Assembly: GCA_015680685.1 (NCBI GenBank)
Contig: MNCI01001921.1
Location: forward strand, 273,549-337,548
DNA: 64,000 nt
Direction: 5' to 3'
Origin: Gnetum montanum
Lineage: Eukaryota > Plantae > Gnetophyta
A program made the position numbers and the translations under genes. The notes beneath the pieces are model-generated. The model did not search any database. It had not been told where the DNA came from and saw only the letters and a program-made list of their open reading frames with translations. Of the stretch, positions 23,401-35,363 are shown piece after piece (position 1 is the stretch's first letter; the number at the start of each line of letters is the position of its first letter).

Positions 23401-25897
23401 TACAAATCTCCTTATTCTTTTGCCACTTGTTCAATTAACCTTTGTATCTGATGGACTCTTATTTATGATAATCTTTCTTGGGTATAGATTCCAAGGATCC
23501 CCCTTATTTTGTTATGAACTCCATCTATGATGTGATGAAGCTACATGTTTTAAGAAAATCCATGGCCTAGGCATATATGTAATAGAGAATAGTATCTATC
23601 CAAAACTACATCAAGAGATTTATGGTTTTCTTGCTTTCATCCTTGAATTTATTTTATTAGATTAGAAAATCTTGAATAGGTATAGTATTTCTTGTTAGAG
23701 ATATTCATAATTATGAACCATTGGTAAATTGAATCTTTTTCCAATGATCTATTCAAAATTTTAGCTTCTTCTATTAGCATCCTAGGGTAGAGCTTAAGAT
23801 TTTACCATTTACTTTCAATATCTTATAAAGTACATGTAGCATGGAAGATATATAAATAATGTTGTGAATTAGATTTATAGCCTCCCTCAAAGTTAGAAAT
23901 GTTATTCATATCAAGTCAATTGATGTGGCTTTCTCTTTGATGCCTATGGGATATTGTAACTACCTTTGTGATCTATATCATGCTTCAAGTAGCTAACAAG
24001 GATTCATCATCATCAAACATGTTGTGGTCATAATCTCTATTTTTATTTTTTGATTATGATGATCTTTTCTATGCTTAATTTGATATGTTATATCTTTTCT
24101 TTAATATTTATTTATATCTTGATATTAATACCTTATTAGAGCCTTATCTCCATACCTATATTCATCTTCATCAAAACTAGACATTGAAGATGAATAGGAA
24201 GATGGTGACCTATGAGAATCACCATGGCTCCTATATCTCCCCCTATGGTCCCTTGATTTATCTCTTCTAGGTTTGTAAGAGGTTCTAGGTATTAAGGTCA
24301 TTCATGGCCTAGGACCTATTCCATCCTCTCTAGGATTATTTTTGATCATTGAACATAGTCTTTGAATGTGGTAAGAATCAGAATGGGCATGTGAGACCCT
24401 TGCTTATAATGGTTCACTCTAATTCTCTTCAATATAAGTCATATCATTTCTCTTAACAGTGTTCTCATCATATGATGGACTCTAGGTCCTATGTGAAGAA
24501 GACATGTTTTTAGTTAATAACATTTAGACTTAAAATATTAATTTTTTCAAAAGATAAATCACTAATGCATTTAGAGTGATCATTCATAATATAGAAAATC
24601 TAGATCACTAATACCATCCCTAGTAATGGTGCCAATGGTAAGTGGCATGTGTCCCCTATGCTCAACCATACAAATTACAAGTGTTTAAATGTAATCTCAT
24701 TGAATTTCATTGATGAAACTAGTGTGGAATCTAGACTATTAAGCATTGATCATACGTTGCTATCTTCTCACTTAGACTAACTTAGACTAATTTTAGCTTG
24801 TTCACATATGGTTTAGTCCAAATTGAGGCATATGATTATTAATGTTATTGAGGCCTTCAACTAAATTGAATAATAACATAGAAATTAATTATTTAATCTA
24901 ATTAACAATAAAATTAAATTTGAAACTATCCTAATGATGATAATTGTCCATTCCCAATTTACCATACTTGTCCTAAACTCACATACCTACTACTAGGATT
25001 ACCAATTATCATGCTATTGGGTAAACCAAGCAATAATGCTACTAGGATTATCAAGTAAATACATGTTTACACTCAAAACCAGTCATGCTCATTATGTTGA
25101 TTGATTAATATCACTAAAAAATGTAAATATTAACTAAGTACATGAATAGTAAATTGCATTGAAATAAAATCTATTCTATGTCAAAGCATTGTCATGAATA
25201 TGAATTAATCTTGATCTTATTATCATTCATGGAATGTGTCCAAGTACAATGACACTTGAATAAGATGCCATACAATTCACTCAAATTCATGCTACAAGTA
25301 CTCATTGACTATTTGCTAAGATTATAAAAGAAAACTATAAGAGTTTAGCTTTAATATTGATTAAATGGTGGTGAGTACATGGAGAATGTTTGCATATTTA
25401 TAGGCTTATTAAGGACTAGTGTTGATGCATATATGCCAACACAGATGGGGATGCATTGACTAGGTTGTGTTGATGGGCATGCATCAATGCAGCTGATTGA
25501 CTTGGGCTTTATCAAATTGTTTCTTCAATTTTCATCATATGTTGGTTTTTTGAATTTAATTTTGGCTAAGTGGCCAATCTATATGACAAGATATTGATAG
25601 GGATAACGTCCACACTATTTTATGGATATGAAAACTTGTGTTGAAATTTCTAAGATGGAGCTTCATCAATGAATGAAAATTTCTAATATAGAGGTTAGAA
25701 GCTTCACTGAAATTGTGATTTTAATTTAGTAATTTTAAATTAAAAGTAAATTGAAATAAGAGGGTATAATAAAAATGAAAAATAGGTAGATGAAGAGAGG
25801 ATGGATGAGTGATTTCGCTTTTATCAAAATTGTTACCTAATCCACTAGTTAAGCTTCTAAGAAAGAATGTTAATTTATAAGATTCTCTTAGGCAATT

Positions 25898-25919
25898 CAC
25901 ACACACACACACACACACA
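25898..25919. repeat. (CA)n microsatellite
   Basis: About 11 CA units. Confidence 0.9.
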
Positions 25920-27175
25920 TACACATGTAAGATAGTTGTAAGACTTTAGACTGTGGTGATGTTTAGATACCTAATTTTTTGGGCCCCACCATAAGGCCAT
26001 GTTTTGTCATTGTCTACTTACTTATTTTTTCGCACCACATGCGCTCACAAATTCTAGTCTCTACTTTTTCATTAAATGCACTACATAGTGAACTATCATT
26101 AAATGCAATGAAAATTGACAATGTAATCTAATTCTTTTGGTAAAGGGTCTTGGCATGGAGTGGAAGGTAGATTTTAAAATTTGACTCCTTTTTAGGTATG
26201 TTTTCTATAAATTGAGTATAAAATACATTAATTTTTAAGGATGAAGTGTCATTATAAGAATTTTATTTATTGGTCTAATAGATCCAAAAGGTTTTAATGG
26301 ATGTAACTAACATAGCAGAATCTTGAAACATTATTATGATATCTACTAAGATTTTGAAATTCAAACACTAGAAAATAAAATATCAAAATATTAAAGTTTT
26401 ATCATGTTATCCACTGAGATTTTGAAATTCTAATCCTGAAAAGGGAACAAAATTTACCTTGTCTAATTGTTGCCCCACCCTTTTGTTGAATGCAATGCAT
26501 AGTAAGTTACTATTAAATGCAATGAAAATTGGTATAGAACCCATACCATGTATACATGTGTTCATCTCCTTGCTTCCATCATCATCATCATCCATGGTCA
26601 TTGTTAGTGTTTAAAAAATTTTTAACTTTCAAACTTTGTTCATCTACATTTGGATTACTACTAGAAAAATGTACAAAGGTAGCCAGGACCCATAGGATAG
26701 GTAGCCACAAAGAAGAATTAAGACATAGTAGTTTTCTAAGAAGGTGAGGGGAGGTGAGGGGATGTAAACTACACAAATAGATGACATTCTTACCATGATC
26801 CTATACGTGTACATGGTCCTATTGAATGTAACACCAAGGATCCCACATAGTCATCTTTAATGTGTAGATCTATGTTACTAAAGTTGTCTTTTCCTCATCG
26901 TAATATGCTATAAACCCACCCTTTACTTGAAAATTTTATAGTCCATCGATATTGTATCCTAAAATCATTTGGTGGGCATAGCATCTATAGGGCTTCCCTA
27001 TAGTAATAATTACCATATACTGTGTATTCTAAGTCCAATTCTAGTTGTAGGTTCTTTACAGTTCAAGTCAACCAAGTGTTCTCATTCGCTGACTTTTGGC
27101 CATTTTTTGTATTGTTATTTACTTATAATTTACCATTAATATTGGAATGCTTTTTTTCTTACTATTCGTAGATGT

Positions 27176-28866
27176 TGTTATGTAGAATGATATCATAGTA
27201 GAGGAACAAAGCCCAACCAGAATCAATGAGTTGGTGAAACAATAGAAGGCAAAAACTCAAGAACACAATGGCGATGATGCAAGAAGAAATCAATGAAGAA
27301 TAACATGCAAATAGGAAAAAATAACACAAAATGGACACTAGGATTTAATATGGCTATGCAATGTACCTACTCTACAAGAATGATGATTTTCCTTTCTTGT
27401 AGCAGAAGAAGAATGGAAGAGATTACAACAAGCTCTATACTATAGTGGCTACATCATTTCACTAACAAATAATCAAACTTCCACCAACAATTCCTCTAGC
27501 AACAAAAGCTCACAACACTTTGTGATCACACATACCGATGCCCCCAAAAGGTCCTTCCAAGGGCACTCATATATAGGTCTAGGGATCAGATTGAACATGA
27601 AAAGCCCCAAAACATTGAGCATCCTTAAATTGAATCTGATAAATTTACAACATGCCAAACATGGAAAATATCAAAATTAGTGAGGAAGAATTTTGAATAA
27701 ACACAATGTTGATAAAAAGATGCAAGCATAATTTTGGATCATTTCCCAACAATATCCACCTTGAGTTAAAATTCCTTTCTATAGAAAATCCTTGACTGTT
27801 CAACTATTTTGAAAAGAGTTACAATAATTCCAAGCACCATCCAAACTTCTTCAACTAAAGTGGATTTGTTAGCATGTCTACTAGATTTTCCAAAGTATAA
27901 ATGTTCTTAAAACCAACACGTCCTTCATTAATTAGCTACCACATAAATGATACTTCACTCTACATTATTTACCATATACACAATGTTCACAAAAAATAAC
28001 ACATCCTTCATCAACTAGCTAATGCACAAAATGATACATCATTCTACATTATTTACATATGCACAATGTTCATAAAAAGTAACACATCCTTTTTCAGTCA
28101 TACCAGTAGGCTTCTTAGCCTAACCCAATAGTGCCTTATGTAAGCCTTGTTGAATGAGTAGATCTTTGACATTAATCTACCTTAAGACAAAGGTATTCTT
28201 ATCATTTAATTTCTCCACCTCAAACTTTGCATTTAAAACCCTGAAGGCCATTCTAATAGCGTTTCATGTAACTATTACTCTAACATCAATTGTTGCATAG
28301 AAAAGAATCGTAGCAGAAGAACAAAGCCCAACTAGAATAAGCAAGTTGGTGAAATAACAAAATGTGAAAATTCAAGAATGTGATGGCAATGGTGCAAGAA
28401 GGAATCAACAAAGAATAACATGCAAACAGGAAAAAACAACACAAAAGGATCACTAGTATTTAACATGATTTGTCAATGTGCCTATTCCACAATAATGAGG
28501 ATTTTCCTTTCTTGTAGAAAAAGAGGAATTGGATAGATTACAACAAGCTCTACAATATAGTGGCTGCAATGTTTCATTGATAGATCACCAAACTTCCACC
28601 AACAATTCCTCAAACAACGAAAGCTCACAACACTTTGTGATCACACACACTGATTCCTCCAAAAGATCCTTTGCAAGGCACTCATATATAGGGCTAGGGA
28701 AAGGATTGAACATGGAAAGCTCCAAAATAGTGAGCCTCCTTAAATTGAATTTGATAAATTTACAACATTCCAACCATGGAAAATACCAAAATTTGTGAGG
28801 AAGAATCAGGAGTAAACACAATCTTGGCAAAAAAATGCAAGTATAATTTTGGGTCATTTTCCAATA
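27176..28866 (-). mobile_element. Tork/Tnt1-type copia mini-element: two 576-bp LTRs and a 539-bp interior
   Basis: LTRs 27176-27751 and 28291-28866; decayed Met PBS at about 28277-28288; PPT AAGGTGGATAT. The interior translates to gag start AKFEVEKLNDKNTF..KDLLIQQGLHKALLG, integrase-proximal FCEHCVYGK and RNase H end ENLVDMLTNP..KFGWCLELL. TSD degenerate (GATGT/AATTT). Confidence 0.9.
27921..28091. repeat. 83-bp tandem duplication inside the mini-element
   Basis: 27921-28003 and 28004-28086 both read TCCTTCAT..AAATGATAC.TCA.TCTACATTATTTAC..CACAATGTTCA.AAAA..AACACA. Confidence 0.9.
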
Positions 28867-28899
28867 AATTTTACATTGGTTACTTATTCTATATAATTT

Positions 28900-29700
28900 C
28901 TGTTAATTAATGCTAGGAACATTCTTCTTAGAAAAAAAATAATTGAAGATGCCTGTATAGTATAAACCAAGTCATGGTTCATAGAGGATTACTATATGGA
29001 TGAATGTAGTTTTTAAGTTTGACAAGTAAAAATTTTATAAGAAACTATGTAAGATAAACATTTAAAACTTGAAAGTGTAGATATACATGGTGAATTAAAG
29101 ATATGGCTGCCAACAATCTCTAGGGAAAATAACTAGATCTCACAAATGTTCTATTCAAAGTGTTGTTTTGATTTGTTTTATGATAGTGTGGGAGACATTG
29201 AACATTGACATTGAAATTGAAATGTATAGGTTGTATCATGATATGCAACAAAGTTTTATTTAAAACCTATTTCTTTCTTTGTTCAGTATGTAGTAATGGA
29301 TTCTCTAAAGTTTACTTATGAAATCTTATTTAAAAGGATTGTAATTTTTTTTCTTAATCATGTTGTCTTGAATACAAAACAACTGTGTCAAAGAGAATGA
29401 TATAAGAATAAATAGCTAACCTTTTTGGGTATTGATTAACAAAAGGGCCATTATCTCATAACATTGGTTTAAGAGACTCTAGTTATAAAGCATTAATACT
29501 TCCATAGTGCAGGGAAATAATAATGCTATTCCATTGAAGATTGTTGGGCCTTTTACCTAGCTTATAAAATGTGATTTTCCTACCATCAAGGGATGGTAAA
29601 TTTAATCTAATAGAATTCAATTGTAACAATAAGCATAGGAAAGAAGATCTATAATAAAGGATTTGTAGAAATTAATTAACATTAAATTCTCAACTTTTAT
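28900..29700 (+). mobile_element. Possible highly decayed PIF/Harbinger transposase remnant
   Basis: Frameshifted pieces GPLSHNIGLRDSSYK (resembles PGSxHDxxVLRxS), IPLKIVG (resembles IVGD) and LLP..PSRDG..EFNCNNKH (resembles FNxxH), in the expected order. Catalytic residues are not preserved. Confidence 0.35.
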
Positions 29701-32700
29701 TCAAGTTCAGTTGGTTTTGTAAACTATTTTATTTTCCTACATTCATTTTTGTGCATTACAAGTGTTTGTCATCATAACAAAATTTGCTTACAATATTTGT
29801 TGCGTTTAAATTTAAGATTCTACATACCCTTATTTAGTTTCATTGTTGCATTATATCTAGCCATGTAAATTTCTTCTTGCTACACTTAGTTTTGAATTTT
29901 AATTGTTCAATTTCCATTACACTATAGTTCTCAATTCTTATTTTATTTTAATCAATTCATGAACCCTAACAAAGGATTCTTAATAAATTTTGCAAAGAAA
30001 ATGGCTAGGGAATAACAAGGTACATTAATAGGAATATTAAAAGATAATTTAATAGCATATTTTTTAAATTCATGACAAGGAAAACAATTAATCATAAAAT
30101 TGATACTTCAATAAAAAAATTATTGGTTCTGTAAAAGTTTCCTCTCATATAGTATATAAGTGGTCTCTTTATGATTATTAATCCTTTCAAGTATGTTGCC
30201 ACTTTACTCTCAGATTTATGACATTAATATTTTTAACAAATATTTTTGTGAGCTATTATATATACCAAAAAATGTAGTTAGCAGCTAGGTCTAATAAAGT
30301 TAGGATATTAGTTGAAATTTTTGTTAATTGAATAAGTTAAATGGTTATAGGAATGCAATTTTGTGGATATAACTCTTTCAACCTTTGAATATTGATTTTA
30401 TTATTATTGATATCATAGCTTGAAAAGGTACATGTAAATTTTGTCATATGATAATCAATGTAAACCTATTATTAATTAGTTAATTTGAAGGTAAGATAAC
30501 TTGATTGATACACCTATTGATAAGTTTCAATTAAGAACCTATATTGGTATGGCAAAGTAAAATAACGTTGATAAACTTATTTGCAATATTGAAATATATA
30601 CTTAGAATTTGCTAAAAATGAATGTGATTTAAAATTTTTTATCTATTTATGGTTTCCTAAGTTCAAAGTTAGAGATTGCTATTACTTGATTTTGAATTAC
30701 ATTCCTAAAATATATTTGAAACCTTTATTTTTGAGTTATGTTGTTACTAAAAGTCTTATTATTTATCATTTATTTGTAGCTACTATGCTATGCTGCAAGA
30801 ATAAACAACCAAAATTGCAAATTCTTGAGAATAACCAAACATATAACCTTTTGAACACAAATAATATAATTGTTTAAAAAACATAATTCAAGTAAGAAAT
30901 TTTGTAGGGGGTAATAGCTAAAAGGTATTTTATAAGGAAAAATGGCTAAATAATGATAAAAGTACATTAATAAACATGTAAACAAAGGACTTAATAGCAA
31001 AGACATTGAATCCATGAGCAAAAAGTTATGATTTTATGAAATGAAATGAAGCATTATTACATCCAAATATCCACAGAATCTATTGAATATTACATTTGTA
31101 TGAAAATTAAAGATAGACTTTACAAATTTACCAAGCATCAATGGGGACATAAAAAATAAATCATATAGGTTTTTTTCTATTACATTATAATGGTATCTCA
31201 AATTGGTAATCACAATACAAAAAAGAAGTGCATATAACTTATCTTCAAGAGCTCATGATCTACACATCCTATCATGAAACTTCTCACATAATGCATATAA
31301 ATTTAATATTATTAATGTTTCAAACTCTTAATTGAAGTGCTCTAAATATTTAATTTCCTTGCACATTTTTTTAAGTTGACACAATAATATTATTTTACTA
31401 TTAGCTTAATATTGAATTTGTATTTTGTCTTACATATGTTTATTTTTTTAAAATGAAGGCCAATAAAGATCTTATTATTAGAGTAGGGTTAGATTCCAAA
31501 CCTTGTGTAGGACCATTATAAGAAGTTGTGGGCTTTAAAGATTATGTATAGCATGCTTATATTGATGATTTTTCTGGGTATATTCTTTCTTCTAAATCAA
31601 TAAATAGAGGCTTCAACATTTAGGAATTCACTATTTTATTGTTCTAGCAAGAGCATAATTTTTATGAGACAATTTTGAAAGGAATCTAGTAGCAAACCCT
31701 TCAATTTTTGAGGTTACGTAATGTTGTTACTATTTCCAATTGAAAAAAAACATTAAATAGTCATAATGAAGCCTCCAAACCACTTTTGAGATATTTGGTT
31801 ATTTTCATTCTCAAATTTTTATATACATTCATTGTCAACTTCTAATCCTATGTTCAGGTTTTATCATATACAATTTTTTGATTTTCCTCCTTAGTATACA
31901 ACCTCAAACCAAGCTTTAATATTTTGAGAGAAAATTTTGATACAAATAAAAACATAAGTACTTTCATATGCACTAAGTTAAACTTTTTGTGCTTGCAAGA
32001 ATTAATAGCTTTGCAACTTTAAAAGCTCATATTTTTAGATAGAGCCCTATAGAAATCTCATTACATTTCCTTTCCTATATAAGCCATTTGCTATTTTTAA
32101 TTGACTATCTTGGTGCCACTTAAATTGTTATTTGTATATTTTTCTTTAAAGGAATGATACTATTCCTTAAAGTGAAAGCTTTTTTTTGTTGTAATTTTTG
32201 TATACATTATAAAATCAATGAAATTTATTATAAAAGCAATAATGTATAGAAATGATTAAATAATCATATGGAAGAACCACATTGCAAGTCAAAATTTTTC
32301 ATTTACCAAATAACAAACATTAGTATTATATAGAAATTTTAGATTCAATGATCTAGTTATGTTAAAATAATCAATAGTATATTATTAAAGTTTTAAAGAT
32401 GGTGGATAGACTGGGTAAATTAGTATGCACAAAAATGGAAAAAATATATTAGCATTATATAAAATATTTTCATATAAAATGTCATCAAATTAAAAAAAAC
32501 TTCAAAGTTTAAATAAAAATAACTTTTATGGAAATATTATCAACATACTTATAACACAAGTTGATGTCATTTGAGTACTATTACTTTGGTTGCATGATTG
32601 TGAGACACTACAAAATTATTGAAATAAAATATATAACAAAAATTATTATGTGAATACTTAAAGTCTTAAAGGAATTAACCTTATAAACTTTCTTTTAAGT

Positions 32701-32828
32701 ATAACCCTACTACTAAAATGTCACCTTCCTTATTCGAGTGAAAATTCTTTCAAATTAAGTTTAATTTTAAAATTTTGTTAATGATATTGAATTATCATAA
32801 TTATTATTCCAAAATTTGAAACTAAAAT

Positions 32829-33159
32829 TCAATGTGCTTTTACCATGGACATAATTTCCTAAAGAAATAGGTCCTTTGTTTTGGTGTTAAATACCATCAA
32901 TGTATTGAAAGCTCCAACATATCTAGTAAAAAGAGTCTAAAAAACACTCAAACTTGCAATCCAATTACATGCAACAAACAATTCTCCATATCCACTTCTA
33001 GATTTAAGAGGATATATTTCAACATCAATGACCCAAATCAAGGTTTCCTTTCCTTGTGTAAAGACAAATACACAAAGGCAACCCAATAACAGCAAGTGGT
33101 GCATATTTGCTACTACAGCCTTTTGTTAACCATGATCTAGATTGGCCATATAGACATTT
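32829..33159 (-). pseudogene. Inositol transporter (INT-like) pseudogene copy B, 3' part of the last exon
   Basis: GQSRSWLTKGCSSKYAPLAVIGL / VFTQGKETLIWVIDVEIYPLKSRSGYGELFVACNWIASL..TKDLFL*EI matches plant INT WYTxGCPSxFGWLAxxGL..PWIVNSEIYPLRYRG..ANW..PETKGL..EEI. Confidence 0.88.
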
Positions 33160-35363
33160 TGTCACAACTTAGAAATTTTCATAAATTTAATTATTTATTT
33201 AATGCATATGATTAATTCTTTAATGTTAACACATATGTTTCAATGGATTAGCTTATTGTTATTACTATTGAATTATTGTTGTTACATTTCTACATAAGTA
33301 AATACAATCTGCTTGCTAGGGTATTTTGCTAAAGTTTTGTATCCTTTATACTACTACTAGAGCTTAGTCATAGATATTTTAAGTATTTTATGATTAAATG
33401 TTAAAATCCACTTACCTCAAGAACTTTTTATTTTTGTCAATTATCATGCCTTTACAAGTATTTGGTTATGCATAGTTTATTCTTTATGCACATTTAGTTA
33501 TGTATATGCAATCTTTGGTATGCACATTCAATTATGAATACTTATTCTTAATTATGCATATTAGTTATGGGTCGTTTTATTTTATTATGGACAAATGATT
33601 ACATAATACTCTATTCATGGAGAAATTATGAATCCTTACCCTAGCCAAATCATATCCCTTATTAGCTTTTAGTCATTAAACTAGAATTTGGAGTTCATTT
33701 TTAATTATAATCAAAAATTGCATCAATTAGATGTTTTAAGGAAGTACCTTAACATGATTTCCTCCATAGAATCTAATCTAATTTGAAAATGTAGATTTTA
33801 ATCCTTTCTTTACTAGAAAAAAATTTATGGTTTTTGAGATATCACACTTTTTAGTTTGTTAAAATACTATAAAAGATTCATCATTTGAACTAGGAAACCA
33901 TGATAAGTAATTCCTAGATAATATTTTGACATACAATTTGGTAAAGAGCTTGATGAAGATGTTGTAGATTCAAAAAAAATTGATTTGGAGTCCTGATGTG
34001 CATGTTTTTAGAGGTGGAACACTGAGGGTATTAGCGGAGAGTGAAAATGGAAAAATCACTTATGAAAAATGATTTTTAAAAAATTTAAAATAAAAATTAA
34101 ATAAAATCAAAATCAAAATTGAAAATTTATGTCATGTTCATTTGAATAGCATAAATGTTAAACATAGCATATATATTATACGCTTAACATATAACATAAC
34201 CTATAATATATAACATATGAAATTTATTTTTTATCCACCACCTCCACAATGCATTTTCTTTTGCTTTTCTCGCTACCAACTCATGCATTTCTATTTTTGA
34301 AATAGAAACCCTTTCTCACATCATTTCTTCATTTGAAACCTAATTTTTGTCTAGTTTCTTCCATTTTGAGCTTGTCTCTTTCATTTTTCAATACATACCA
34401 AGCCAAGGTATCATGTTGTATGTGATTCTTCTTCTAATAAATAGATTATAGCTTTCGATATGATTTGTTTGGATCATAAAGGGGTTTTTGGCATGATAGT
34501 TCAAAGTAGAGTAAAAGGATGATTTTGGGCATATTGGTGGGTAATAAGGATTATTTTATTTTGATTTTTATGTAGTTTTCCTATCTTGTTGTTGATCCAA
34601 TAAGAATGTTTCTTTTAATTTTCTTTTTATATAGTTCTCTTATTTTGCTATCGATTTTGCATGCTTCTTTTTTTCTTTCTATTTTTTCATTATTCTTCTA
34701 CATTTTTAATTATTCTACTAAGATTCTATCAAATTTTCATTGTTTTTGACTTGATAGCATATAGAAATTGGTATTTTAATTGTGTCCAAGCCATCTTATG
34801 TCTTTCGGGTGAAATTTTGAATTATGTAGAAACTTTTTCAAACTTGTTTCTCAAATATGTTTTGATTATTTTGGATCAGCCCATGATAGAAACATAATTT
34901 TGTGAGAATTTTATGGAATTTAGGCTTTTATGGATTTTTGGTCATTTGGAGAAATCTTATGAATTTTTAGAATAAAATAATAATATTTATGGGATGGATT
35001 TTTCTCAATTGGTGGTGTGATTTGGAAATCTTCTAGATGCCCCCTTCTACATGTAGTAGTAGTATGTTCTTTAGTGGGGACCATCCCACTAAAGAACATG
35101 CAGTAGTAGATGAATTTCCTACCCTTAATTTTGTTTCATAAATTCATGTGAGGCTATGGATTTAGCCAAGACCATGGCATTGAGTAATTGAGTTTGGTGG
35201 AGTTTCGATGAGGCATAGTTAAGACCTATCTTTCTGATGATATGTATGCCTTGGTTGTTGAGGATGTTAGTAATGAGGCTATTGCCAAGGTCTAACCATG
35301 AGTGACTTGTTTGGGATCATAATCATAGTCCAATGATAGTAGTGAGATTACTCCAAGAGTTGT

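Larger units (their letters stand above)
12400..25513 (-). mobile_element. Decayed Athila/Tat-superclade Ty3/gypsy element hosting two nested insertions; 3' LTR not found
   Basis: 5' LTR from 24636 to about 25513; PBS TGGCACCATTACTAGGG (decayed tRNA-Asp TGGCGCCGTTGCCGGGG); gag about 24505-22050; RT about 22040-21300 (ICIDFHNLN..KDNYP, IYLDDLT); RNase H 21270-20780; integrase in three pieces, 20680-20468, 14375-14071 (GHIG..GYYWPTM..C) and 13096-12400. Confidence 0.88.

Noticed and set aside
28529-28857. Overlapping 89-90 aa ORFs, with a similar ORF at 27473
   Set aside because: They lie wholly inside the paired LTRs and their frames are not conserved between copies.
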